DNA of 64,000 nt from the NCBI GenBank assembly GCA_025558095.1, contig JAIVFI010000016.1, forward strand, positions 248,001 to 312,000, given 5' to 3'. A model generated the notes under the pieces. The model was given only the letters and a program-made list of their open reading frames with translations. It was not told the origin of the DNA and did no database searches. Of the stretch, positions 41,356 through 53,600 are shown piece after piece. A program made the translations under genes and the position numbers. Source of the stretch: Hyaloraphidium curvatum SAG 235-1. Lineage: Eukaryota > Fungi > Monoblepharomycota. The stretch's first letter is position 1. Every line of letters begins with the position of its first letter.

Positions 41356-44300
41356 TCACACGAGCACGGCCGACGACGTCGCCCTCGTCCCGCCGTTGGG
41401 CCTGTCGGACCTCCGGGGCCTGCGCTCGTGCGTCCCGGCTTCCGCCCCGGCCCCGATCGCCGGCCCGTCCGCGGTCTGCGGGCTCGGCACCGGGCTCGAC
41501 ACCGGCTCGCGCTCCTCCATCTCCCCCTTGCCGGGCACCAGCGCCACCTCCGCCGGCGCGACCTTGGCCGTGGACCACAGCCAGCGCATGATCTTGGCAA
41601 GCAGGCTCCAGAGCATCACCAGACCCATGCCCACCGCAACGCAGAGCTGCAGCACGATGCTGGCCGTCTCCGTGGCCGTCTTTGCCTGCTCCGAGACGCC
41701 GAGGCCCGCGACCGAGGCGCAGAGGAGGCCGAGGTTGGCGAGGCGGAGGACCGAGAGGGCGAGCTCGAAGAAGTTGCGCGCGCGGGACGAGTGCGGCTTG
41801 AGGCCGGCGACAGAGAGCATGTAGCCGACCTCGAAGGAGGCGAGCACGGCGAGCTGCACCCAGACGAAGCGGTAGGCGGCGCCGGCGACGATGCCGATGG
41901 CGAGCTTGTACACGATGACGGCGGCAAAGAACATGAGCTGTGTGCGGCGGGCACGGAAGTCAGCGCGCATAGACGGCGATGGCGACGGAGGCGACGCACC
42001 AGCTGCGGCTGATAGGTGTTGTACAGGGGCCCCAGGCTCGCGAGTAGCTTGGTCCGGTCAAACAGCATCTCTTTGGGCTGCGTCCTGGCCGTGTACCACA
42101 CCACGGCCCCGGGCACCATCAGGCCGACGGCGAGCGCGGCGAAGCCGGCGATGACGGTGACCTGGATCGGGATGCGGAGCTCGGGGCGGCACGCGAGGGC
42201 GATCTGGTACGCGACGCCCAGGGCGATCGGGGTGTAGTACAGGTTCCAGACGCGGAGCGAGGTGCCGAGCCAGAGGCTGCGGTGTGATTTGTCAGTGAAT
42301 GCGGAACGGAGGAGTGCACCGGAGGGGCTCACCTGGGGAGGAGCTCGTGGAGGCGGTGGAGCCGGGCAGAGGGCTTATAGTGCATCGCGATGCGGCAGGC
42401 GAAACCGGCAGCAAGCGCAAGCACAGCGACCGCCGCCTCGAAGATGAGGAAGCTCAGGAAGATGATGAGGAAGACGTTCCTGCAAAAGTAGCGTCAAGAG
42501 GCTGCGCGTTAAGGGGGTGGTCGCCGGACGGACCTGGGCCGGACTCCGCTGGCGAGGGCGACCCTCTCGATGCCGTAGTAGCTGGGCGTGATCCCGTCGC
42601 GCTTGTAGAGCGCCGCAATGTCCATGGTGTCGCCATATGCGAGCCCATCGGCGTAGATAACCTCGGCGAGGGGGTTGAGGAACTGCGGGGGGTCAGGACC
42701 GGCGGTCCAAAGGCAAAGCAAACCAACCTTGAAGATGCCAAAGAGCCAGAGCATCGTGCTGACAAAGATCGGGTAGATGTCGGCCGTGTCGAGTCCGAGG
42801 GCACCGGTGATGACGATCGTCTGGGTGTACTGCACCCAGTCGATGAGGCCTGGCGGGCGACGATCAGCATGCCGGTGCGACGTGCAGCGAGCGACGGACC
42901 TGGCACGGTCTTGGTGATGTAGGACGAGTCGAGGGTCTGCGACACCGGCCCGTCCTTGTTCGAGCCGTGCGAGAGCGTGGGCGACGAGACAGCGGCCAGG
43001 ATCCCCGAGAAGCCGCCCACGGTACCGGCGATGGAGTTGATCACCGAGATGACTGTGACGATGATGATGACGGGCGGGATCCAGGGCGGGAGTGGGGAGC
43101 CGGGCTCGGTCACGATGGGCTGCGTCGTGGTCGGGGTCAGGGGGATGATGCCGAACTCGGCTTCGACGCCCCCCGGTGTCAGCGGAGCCATCATCTGGCG
43201 GATTGAAAAGCTGCGCTTCTGCCAGCCGTTGACCAAACGGTTCCAGTCGATGTTGAACTCCAGGTACACGCGGAAGCCCAGGTTGACGTCGTAGATCTCT
43301 GGCAAGAGCAGAAAGTGAGACGGGACGGAAAGCGCAGGCGCACCACGGTATCCCACGGTTCGGCTTGATCAGCCCGCCGACCGCGATGTTGGGCCGGAAT
43401 CTGATCGTCGGGTTGAGCAAGGCGTCGAAATACATGTTGGACGTGTAGGGCTTGCCGTCGACGCTGAATTCGATCTCGTCGACCACCGCCGTCTTGGCGG
43501 AGTCGTCCACGAGCGTGAAGTTCTCCCCGTTCTTGACGGACTCGACCACGAGGCGCTCGAAGGTAACGTTTCCGGCAAATCCCTGCCACACGGCGTCGGG
43601 GTAGAGGAGGCTGTGTGCGGGAGGTCGGTCAGTTCCAGGTCCGCGTTGCTGGTCGCGCGGGCGCACTTGAAGGTCAACGCCACGGTTTCGTTGACGGCGA
43701 AGCGGGGCTTGATGGGCAGCAGCATTGCGCCGACTATGGACAGCGTCTGGTTGAGGCGGTCGCACAAGCCCGTCGCGGAAAGGGTGAAGGGAAAGTCCCT
43801 GGTCGCGCTGCAGTCGACGCCGGTGACGCTGACGAGGGTCCCGGTCTGGTCGGCGCACCTGGCCTGCGAGCGGATGGTGTACGAGCCCGAGGCGTCGCAG
43901 ACGGTGTCGGCGATGGGCATGATGAGGGAGTTGCGCTGGGTGCAAATGTTGCCGACGCAGGAGACCGTCGCCAGTGTGCCGGGATCAGGGTTGTTCGAGC
44001 TCGAGGTGATGACGGTCGGGGAAACGGGCAGGGACGCGAAATCATAGAATCGGGTGGTTTGGTCGCTGGTACGGACGGTGGTGATGTTGCTGCGGAGCAG
44101 GGTCAGATGACGAGAGCCACGCACGCGCGGCCCTACTAGTCGATCGTGAGCACGGTCTGGGACCCGTACACCATCTTGGACATCCCGGCCAGCGTGAACG
44201 TGGTGGTGTTGGGGTTACCGCCCACGTTGGTGACGAAGGGATCGGCCGCCGAGTCGGTGTTCAGGATCAGTTGGATGGGGCTTTCCACGACGATCTTCCG

Positions 44301-44833
44301 CTCCGCGTAGCTGCCCGGGTTCGCCGGGTCCGGGATCTGGTCCTTGACGACGAGGTACCACGAATTGGTGAAGTTGCGGTAGTTCAAGCCGGGCACCGTG
44401 TTGTCCGTCCAGCCTGCGCATGTCCGGTAATTGACAAGTTGCGTTCCCCTGTAGTAGACGTCCGCGCATTCGGGGTCGTCAAAGGTCTGGTACGGCACGT
44501 CGTAGGGGGCGTCCGGCCACGTCTCGTCGTAGAACAAGAGGACGCAGTACTCGTTGTTGTTCTGGGCGTCCCTGTCGTACAGGTAGAAGTCGATGGTCCT
44601 GCGGGCAGTCCGACTGAGTTTGTGTATCCGCGGCCGCGGCGCAAGGCTCCACCGAACCTGTTGTGCACCCTCGGGAAGGTGAAGAAGAAGTACAGCGTAT
44701 CGACCTGCAGTGCGCTTTGGCTAGTGGGCGCGTACAGCGGCCCGTTTGCGGTCGCGGTGCGCGGACACTGGGCGGCTGCGGGCGCAACGAGGCCGAGGAA
44801 CGCCAGCGCGACCAGCAGCGCGGCGGCGGCCAT
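41356..44833 (-). CDS. FLC/Pkd2-like (fungal TRP family) polytopic membrane protein with a large atypical ectodomain
   Basis: Signal peptide; ~450-aa beta-rich Cys-containing ectodomain; TM region with IDWVQYTQTIVITGAL..YP, GIERVA, LGPLYNTY, VQLAVL..FE.....LKPH; about seven introns. Confidence 0.75.
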
Positions 44834-45125
44834 GGTGTTGCGGTAGCCGCCACGCAGCATTGCGGACACCGACGGCGCGATGGAGCGGCGCGAACCGGGG
44901 GGCGCGCACGGGCCAGCGCGCTCGGGCCGACGCCCCGCTTGGGCCGGCCGCCGCGCGAAGCCCCGCCGCCGTGCAACTCCGCTCCAATCACGGCGCGTCG
45001 CATGATGATGATTAGTCGTCGCGCCCGCGATCGGAGAGATTCGCGGGGCAAGGCGGTGACAAACAGTTCCCGCGCTGATCGACGCAAACGCCGCGAGGGT
45101 GATCGAGAAGATTCCGGGCTCCACA

Positions 45126-48100
45126 ATGGACGCGCCCGCGCTCTCCTTCGGCGCCTTCACGGTCGCGAAACTCAAGGCGCGAAAGCCGAAGCCCAAACCG
45201 CTGGTCGGACCGGGGGTGGAAGACGGGAGCTCGGCCGCGGGAGACGTGAAGGACGAGCCGAACGATGCCGTAGCCGAGGTCACGCCCAAACCCCCTCGTC
45301 AGCGAAGGGCCAGGAAAAAGGCGGCGGCTGATGAGGCTGCGGAAGAGATCCCGGAAGAAGGGCCGCCTGCGAGGGCTGCGAGGACGCGCAAACGAAAGAG
45401 AGTGGACACACCCGATCAAGATCCCGGCGGTGATGCCCCGGCGGAGGCTCGGGAGGCCAGCGGACCCGCTCCGGACGACGATGCGGAGCAGACGAAGCCG
45501 GCAAAGCGCAGCAGAGGGCGGAAAAGAGCAAAGAGCGACGGTGACGCGGACGCTGGAGACCCCCTGAAGGGTGCCCTGGTCATCAAGCCCCGCAAGGCGC
45601 TCAACCCGCGGCCGCCTTCGCCCCCGCCTCCGGCACTTCCTCCCCTCCCCGACGGCCTGCACCCCTCCCTGGCCCGGCTGGACCGCATCTTCCGCACCCT
45701 GAACGCCCTGCACTCGTTCGCCTCGTCCCGCCGCGACAGGTCGACGGGCGCCGGCGGCGTCCGCTTCGAGATCCTCCGCAGCTCGGCCGGGAAGCTGCAC
45801 GGGGAAGCACCGACGCTGCGCGACCTGGCGCTGGTGTCGCTCGTCGCCGGGCCGGACCTCCTATCGTTCGCTTCCATGCCCGAGTCGGCCTTGGAGGACG
45901 CATCGCTGTCGCGCGGGGGCGGCGACGACGGCAGGCCGGCCCTGAGGGAAGAGGACGACGAGGAGGTGGTTGTGGTTTTCGTCGAGGGGAGCAACACAAA
46001 GAGGAGGAGCGCCGTCAAGAAGTACAACGAGAAGAAGAAGGCTGCCCGGAAGAAGAAGGCGGCTGCTTCGGCTGCAAAGGCCGGGGACGGCAATGCGAAC
46101 GCTGGCGATCCTCAGGAAGACTCGGGCCCCGCGGAAAGCACGCCAGAAGAGAGCGACGAGGACAGGGCAGAGTCGGAAGCGGAGGGCGACAGCGAGGAGA
46201 ACGGAGAAGCACCAGACGAAGGCTTCAAAACCCCGGCCGTTCCGGACTCCGCCCCGCCGGCTTCGGAGTGGACCTCGGGCTTTGGCGGCCGCGTGTCGCC
46301 AGCTCGGTCTCGCGGAACCGCTGTCCTCGTCGCCGAACGCGCCGCCAGGTTGAGGAAGGAGGTCGCCCGGCGCGACGCGCTGTTCCGGACGCTGCTGGTG
46401 AAGCTTTCCGAGAAGCTCGCGGCCGAGCGGACGGATCCCGACGCGTACCTGGAGGAGCTGTTTGCCGAGGAGAACAGGAAGCGCAGGGCCGGGGGTGCGT
46501 CGCTGACCAGCCCGCCGAGGAAGCGCAAGGCGGCCGTCGAGGTTCCCGGGGAGCCACCCAAGGAGAGGCCTGAGGAGCTCCTTGCCCTGGTTCCGGACCT
46601 GCAGGCGCAGTCTTGGTGGAAGGACCAGATCGTGCCCGGCGGACTCATGACGTCCGAATCGCGGCAGCCCCGGTTTGGTGGGTTCTCTCTGTCTGTCCGT
46701 GCCGCTCTTCCGGCCCTGAACGTACGTCAACCGTTTGCCGCACGTCTTTAGAGGACGTCGAGTTTCCGCTTCCCGAGGCGTTGTTGACGGCTTTCCGACA
46801 ATCGCAAGGGATCGCGCGCTTCTACTCGCACCAAGCCCGCGGCATCGACGCTCTCCTCCGAGATCGGCGCAACGTCGTGATCGCGACGTCGACGGCGAGC
46901 GGCAAGTCGGTCGTATACCAGGCCCCGATCCTCGTCGGCCTCGAGCAGGACCCCGGCTTCCGAGCCTTGCTGGTCTTTCCAACAAAGGCGCTGGCGCAGG
47001 ATCAGCTGCGCAGCATGCGCCAGCTCATCTTTGCGCATCCGGTGCTGCGGGACGAGATGGAACGGAATCCGTGGATCGTCAGGACGTACGACGGGGACAC
47101 GAAGGAGGAGGACAGGAAGGAGATTCGGCGCCATTCACGCATCGTCCTCACAAACCCCGACATGATCCACGTCGCGATGTTGAGCGGACCGGATTGTGGC
47201 GCGGGCCAGTGGGATCCCTTCTTCGCTTCGGTCGGCCTCGTGGTCCTCGACGAGCTGCACGTGTACTCCTCCGTCTTTGGCTCTCACACCTGCAACGTCT
47301 TCCGGAGGTTGCGGAGGCTTCTGGACCGGATGGGCAACACCCAAGCGCTGTTTGTGGCGTGCAGCGCCACGATCGCGGAACCGGACAGGCACATGCAGGC
47401 GCTGCTGGGGTTGCGCGAGGCGCCGCTGGCGGTGGACGAGGACGGCTCTCCGCGCGGAGAGAGGCACCACGTGGTCTGGAATCCGCCCTTTGTTGACCCT
47501 TTGCACCCGGCAAAGGGACGGCGGTCGGCTGTGACGGAGACGTCGTCCGTGCTTCGCTTCCTGGTCTCCCGCGGGGTCCGCACCGTGGTCTTTTGCAAGT
47601 ATCGGAAGCTGCTGGAACTCCTTCTGAGGCAGGTGCACCAGGACCTTGAGTACGAGGGCCGCGCTGCGTGGAAATCCCGCGTGGTCGGATACCGCGCCGG
47701 ATACGTGGCGACGGACCGGAGGAAGATCGAGCGGCAACTCTTTTCGGGCGAGATCCTTGCCGTCGTCGCCACCACAGCCTTGGAGCTCGGCGTCGACATT
47801 GGCTCGCTCGACTGCGTGATCCACATGTCCTTCCCTTTCAACCTCGCCTCGTACATCCAGCAGGCCGGGCGCGCGGGCCGCCGCAGGCAGGACGCTATGT
47901 CGATCCTCATCTGCGACACGATCGACCCCATGTCGCAGTACTACGCCAACAATCCGGCCGAGCTCGTGTCGGGCATGCCGACTCCGCTGCCAATCGATCC
48001 CCTCAACGCCAATGTGCTCGAAGGCCATCTCAACTGCGCGGCCTTCGAGGATTCCGTGGATCCCGAGCTGGACTACGCATTCTTTTCACCAGAGGCATAC

Positions 48101-49198
48101 GAAGACGACGTGGAAGAGAACGACGACGAGTTTCTCGTTGGTGCCGGAGAGGATCCCGCGCGGTTGCCGATCCTAGACGTCAAAGCAGGCGACAGCCGCC
48201 GTACCTTCCCCGCGATTCTGCCCGATGGTGTCGCCCAGGCACCGCAGGAGTGGCGGGTCAAGTGGCTTCGTCGGCGGTTGGACAAGTGGCTCGACCGCGG
48301 GCCTGACGGGCTCTATCGGCCGCACTCGCGGTACCTGCCCAGGCCGCCCATGGTCGTTCCGCTCCGCGATGCCGAGGAAGACAGCTACAGCGTGGTCGAC
48401 GAAACGACGGGCAGGGTTATGGAGGAGATCCAGCATTCGCGGGCCATCTTCGACCTGTACGAAGGGAGCGTCTTCATCCACCAAGGCCGGACGTACCTGG
48501 TGCACTCGCTCAACGTCGACAAGCAGGTCGCGTGGCTGAGGCCGACGAACGTCACCTACTTGACCGAGCAGCGCGACTACACGGATGTGGACGCCATCCG
48601 GACGCGCATGCGGACCCGCATCCTGACCGATGTACCCGAGGACATCTGGGGCTTCTACGGCGATGTGCGGATCACGTCCCAGGTGTTTGGCTACTACAAG
48701 GTGGACCCCAGCACTCGCAAGATCCTCGAGACGGTGGACGCGGTGGACCTGCCGCCCTTCAAGCGCGAGACGGTCGGGCTCTGGGTGGATGTGCCGAGCA
48801 CCGTGCAGATGGTCCTGCGCTCCATGCAGATCCCGATCGACTTTGCCGTGCATGCCGCGGCCCACGCCATGATGCTCGTCCTGCCTCGCCGGGTCAACTT
48901 TGGATCGGGCACCGACGTGCGCACCGAGTGCAAGTTCCCCTTCCAAACGCGCTTCAGGCCGGCGCGGGTCACCCTCTACGATCACCACAGCAACGGGGCG
49001 GGCGTCACGCTGAGGGCGTTCCGGTCCCTTGCCGACCTCGTCAGGCTGGCCTGGGAGATTGTCGAGACCTGTTCGTGCGAGGACGAGGACGGCTGCGTGC
49101 ACTGCGTCAAGCTGGCATCGTGCAAGGAGCACAACCTTGCGTTGAACAAGGAGGGTGGACGGCAGATCCTCAGGGGCTTGCTTGGCATCGTCGAATAG
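45126..49198 (+). CDS. HRQ1: Hrq1 (RecQ4-like) helicase with DUF1998
   Basis: YSHQA, TSTASGKS, FPTKALAQDQ, DELH, SATI, YRAGY, ALELGVDIG, QQAGRAGRR, C-terminal CSC..EDGCVHC; intron ~46678-46752. Confidence 0.93.
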
Positions 49199-49241
49199 GC
49201 TTGTACGACCACATAGGTGTGTATGCAATCCATTGCACCCC

Positions 49242-50297
49242 TCATCGCTTCAATTTCGCCTCGGCCCGACGGATAAAGGAGTTCAGGATTGCTTGGTAGA
49301 CTTCCGGTTGCTCGGCGTCTGCGGCGGGGTTCGCGTCAACGCGAGTCAACTTCGGCCCGAACACATCCCCACGATGGCAATGGCTCGACTGCGGAATCAC
49401 AGCGAGCTCGGAATCCGGAGTGCAGCGGTGGTAATAGGCTGAGGTTGCTGGAGTTGCCTCGTCGTAGTCTCCGCAAGAGTACAGAATGGAGGGCACAATC
49501 TCGGGGAGCTCCTTGAGCCTCGGCGTGATGACATAGCCCTTGAACGTGCCCGAAAGTAAGTATTCTGTTTCTCCGTTCATCCTGGTGTACACGTCTTCCC
49601 CGAGCTTTGCGAAACTGTTCGATATGCACTCGGGGACTGGATCCGTCCGGCAGAGGTGTTTGGCATTGAAAGCGTCCGTGGCTTTCAGAAAAGCAGCACT
49701 CTTGTAATCCCCAGTTTTCAGTGCTTCGGCGATGGCGTTCCGGTGCTCTTCAGGTAGTTGTGCGACGTAGGCATCGGCGTCGGCCTGCCAGCGGTTGATG
49801 TCGAGTGCACTCCCCGCCAGGGTCACCGAGACGACCCCGACGGGCTGTTCCCGCAAAAGATACTCGACAGCGAGCATGCTGCCCCAAGAAGAGCCCCAGA
49901 GATGGATCTTGTCCAGGTCCAGAGCCTTGCGGACTGCCACTACCTCCCCAACGTAGTAAGGGATGTTGCCGTACTCATCGAGCTCCGCAGTAGGTGGAAC
50001 TGTAGAGTATCCGCAACCGGTCTGATCCCAGAAGATCACTGGCCGGTCCTTCGCCGCGAGCGCCAGGGGAATGAGATAATCATGACATGCACCCGGTCCA
50101 CCGTGAAGCGTGAACAATGGTGGAATGCTCGACCCGAGCTTCTCCGCGCCGACGACCTGGATCCAGACGCGTCGATCGGGGCGAAGCTCGAGCCAGTACT
50201 CCCTGACCGTCGCGTCCGCGGGGAACCACTGTGTGTCGGCCGGCTTCATGCCCAGGCGCTGTTCATCCGCGATGGGCACCAGCTTAGGGTAAGCCAT
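49242..50297 (-). CDS. Proline iminopeptidase-family alpha/beta hydrolase
   Basis: LHGGPG, WDQTGCGYS, GSSWGSML, GDYDEATP, SSHCHH after splicing an intron at ~49318-49371. Confidence 0.88.
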   Translation of the reverse strand: MAYPKLVPIADEQRLGMKPADTQWFPADATVREYWLELRPDRRVWIQVVGAEKLGSSIPPLFTLHGGPGACHDYLIPLALAAKDRPVIFWDQTGCGYSTVPPTAELDEYGNIPYYVGEVVAVRKALDLDKIHLWGSSWGSMLAVEYLLREQPVGVVSVTLAGSALDINRWQADADAYVAQLPEEHRNAIAEALKTGDYKSAAFLKATDAFNAKHLCRTDPVPECISNSFAKLGEDVYTRMNGETEYLLSGTFKGYVITPRLKELPEIVPSILYSCGDYDEATPATSAYYHRCTPDSELAVIPQSSHCHRGDVFGPKLTRVDANPAADAEQPEVYQAILNSFIRRAEAKLKR

Positions 50298-50634
50298 CTT
50301 TAGGTAGCAGCCAACGGCGGCAGAAGGGGGAGGAATGAAGCGATTCAACCTCGAGCAACGCGGCCCTGTTCGCTTTGGGGCGCGTTGTTTTTCTTGGCGC
50401 GAACTGTCGGCGACCTGCTCCGATTCAACGTTGCGCGGGGGGATGGGTGACACGATCGGCCGATCACTCACTCTTATCTCGTCACTAAAGATGACCGCGG
50501 TAATGCCAACTAGAATGGATGCACAGCGAAAGCTGCCTGAACAAGGAGCAAGGATCTGCTGGTCGCACGAAGGATGGTGGCGAATCCACCTAACCCCTCT
50601 ACACCGACTTCACTGCTACGCAGTTCCGTCGGCA

Positions 50635-53600
50635 TCACACGGCCAACACCAACCGATGCAGGCTCTCCAGCCCCTGCCAGTCCAGGTGTACCCTCTCCAT
50701 GCTGTTCGATGGGCGATCTCCATCGCCCAGAGTGCCGGGCAGCCGTAGCCTGCCGACAGGCAATCCCGCCCCACCATCCGCACGCCGCTGCCGCCTCTTG
50801 CCAGAAACCGCCGCAATCTGCTCCGCCTCCTTCAGCAACGAGTCCAGCTTCTTCAGCTGCTCTCGGTACTGCTGCACCGGGTCCGCGCGGCGCGGGATCC
50901 ACCTGACGAGATGCCGCCCCGCGGGCTGATCCGTCGAAGGCGCGATCGGCGGTGCGATCTTGGACAGATCGACCACGCGCGGCGCCGCCAGCGCGTTCCG
51001 CAGGTCCGCCAAAACTCGGTGGGGAGCGTTCCGCGGTTCAGGCTCCCCTTGCTCGTCCGATGCGGGTGCATCCGCCGCTTTGCTGATTCTCGCCATACGG
51101 CGCACCAGGGGATCGGGCTCCGCGGCCACCGCGGATGATCCAGCCGCCCGACCCATGCCGCCCATAAGGGCAGCCTGTGCCGTCAGGCGCGCATTCTCAA
51201 GACGCAGGTACCTGACCAGAACGCGGAGCGCCTCGACCTGGCCCGAGACCGACATGGTCGACAGCGCGGCACCCAGATCGCCCAGGTAGGGCGAAGGGCC
51301 TGCGATGGCGCCCGAGAAACCATCCTGGCCGCCGTCGCCGTCTAAAGCCGGCGTCGAAGCCCCACTGCGGAAGCCGCCCTTGCGGCCCGCGCGCTTCAGC
51401 TGGGTGTTTTCCTGCTGCAGCTGCTCCACTTCGGCCTGGAGCTCCTCCACTGCGCGCTCGAAGATGCCCTCTTGCTCCTGCGACTTTTTGAGCTCGGCTT
51501 CAAGGTTCATGATGACTTCAGCCTGCTCGCGGGAGTCGCCCATTCGCTTCTCCAGCAGCTCGATCTTGACGGAGCTCTGCTGCACGAACTCGTCCTGCGC
51601 AGACGAAAGCAGATCAGCGGCTGCGCTGCTCGTGACGGCGCACGACAGCTCACCCTCTGCTTCAGCGCGAGTGCCAACGTTGCCACTTCGCGCGAGAGCT
51701 CGGACGACTCCTTCTCGAGCTTGAGGTTGAGGACGTAATGCTCCTTGATCTCCTTGCCGCGCAGGACCCTCGGGCTCACGCCCCGCTCGATCGGCTCCGC
51801 CTCCCCGTCGGCCAGGCTCTGATCCACAACCTCGGCCGCGGCGCTCTCCAGAGACTCCAAAAAGGCGCGGGCACCCGTCCATGCGGGTTCTTCGCCGAGC
51901 CGGAGCACCTGCGTCTCGCTCTCGAGGAGCAGCTTCTCCAGGTCCTGCACGAGGTCGGCGTTGCCGGCGGTGCCTTCGCCTCTGAGCTTGGCCTCGACCT
52001 TGCCCGCGAGCTGCCGGAAAAAGTCGGCCGCCCTCGTGCAGTTGTTGAACACCCGGACAAGCTGCTCGACGACGTCGGCGTGCGGCACGAAGCCGGGGGC
52101 TTCCGCGGCAAGATCGGCGATCCGCCGCTGCAGCTTCTTTGCGCTCTGCCTGACGGCCTGTCCGTGCTGCCACAACTCATCCCTGACGGCCCCGAAAAAG
52201 GCATCGTGTGCCGCGGCAAATGCTGCGGGGGCCTCGCCCGCATCCTCGATACCGTGCTCGGCGGACGCAGAAAAGACGTGCGAAAGCCCGTGCATCTCGG
52301 CCTCCAGCCGATCCATGAGGGCTTCGATGGCCTGGCTGTAGAGCTGGCAAGTGTACGAGCGGACCAGGGTGTCGTCGACCGCATTGTTGCCGATGTGGGA
52401 GCTGCTCAGGTGCTCCATCTGCGTCACGCATCTGCAGAAAAGGACGCGTCAGATCCACTGGCTCCTCAGGGAATGCACATCCCGACGCACCTTTGGAGAT
52501 CCACGAGCACCTGCGGCGACTTTGCCAGGGCCTGTTCCTTGGAAAGCTCCAGCATGGCGTCGATCCTCCGTTCCGTCCCCACCAGCTCGTCCGCCAGCTT
52601 CCCCAGCTCCAGGAACTCGCTGACCGAGCACACGTCCATGAAGCCCTCGAAGCGCGCACAGAGCCCTGCAAAGTACCGCAGCCCCTGCTCGAGCTCCGCG
52701 ACCGCCGGCGCGCGGACCTCGCCGGCCCTGCCCCGGCCCTCCTGCTCGGCGTACTTGGCGAGCAGCTCCGCCTTTTGCCGCAGCCTCTGCATGGCGAGGA
52801 CCGACGCCATCGAGTGGGCGTCCTTTTCCACCACGGCCTCGGGGATGTAGGGCTCCATCAGCCGGACCTTGGCGGCGGCTTCCTCGGCCTCGATCCGCCG
52901 CAGGTCCAGCTCCACCTGCTTGGCCTTGACGTCGCTGGCCGTGTTCTGCAGCCGCAGGGTGAGCGACATCATGGCCTGCGTCTGGCTGCTCAGATGGTGC
53001 TCCGACTCGAGGCGCTGGGAGGAAGTCGCCTGCAGGGTCTCGATGTCGGACTGCAGGCTGCGCACCAGGCCGCGGAACTGCTCGATGGTGCGCTCATAGT
53101 CGGCCAGAGACTCGGCGGCTTCGTCCAGCTTGCCCTGCTGCTCCCTGACCTGCGCCTCGGTCGCCGCCAGGGCCTCCTGCAGCTGGCGCTCCGTCTCGAC
53201 GTGGTTCTCCTCCAGCTCGTCGCCAAGCTCCTTGAGCGCCTCGAGGTCCTCGTTGGCCGCGCGCAGCTCCTCGAGCTTCTCGCCCAGGGCCAGGTTCTTT
53301 TCCGTGAGCGCGACGACCATGTCCTCGGCGTCCAGCGCGTCGTCCAGCTGCTGCTTGAGGTTCTCGAGGGCCTCCTGCGCCGACGCGAGCTGCTCCGCCA
53401 GCTCCTCGGCCTTGGCCTTGTGCGATGCCAGCGACGCCACCTCGCGCTCCAGCGCCTGGATGCGCTTGCGCCTCTCGACCTCGTTCTCGTTGCTGATGTC
53501 CCGCAGCTTGACCAGGGCATCCTTGAGCACGTCGATCTGCTTCCTCAGCTCGCGCACCTCGGTGCCGCCACCCTCGGCCCGAGAGGCGCCCGGCTCGCCC

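Noticed and set aside
45660-45880. Cdt1-like helical segment in the Hrq1 N-terminus as a novel fusion
   Set aside because: It resembles the N-terminal region already conserved in fungal Hrq1 proteins.
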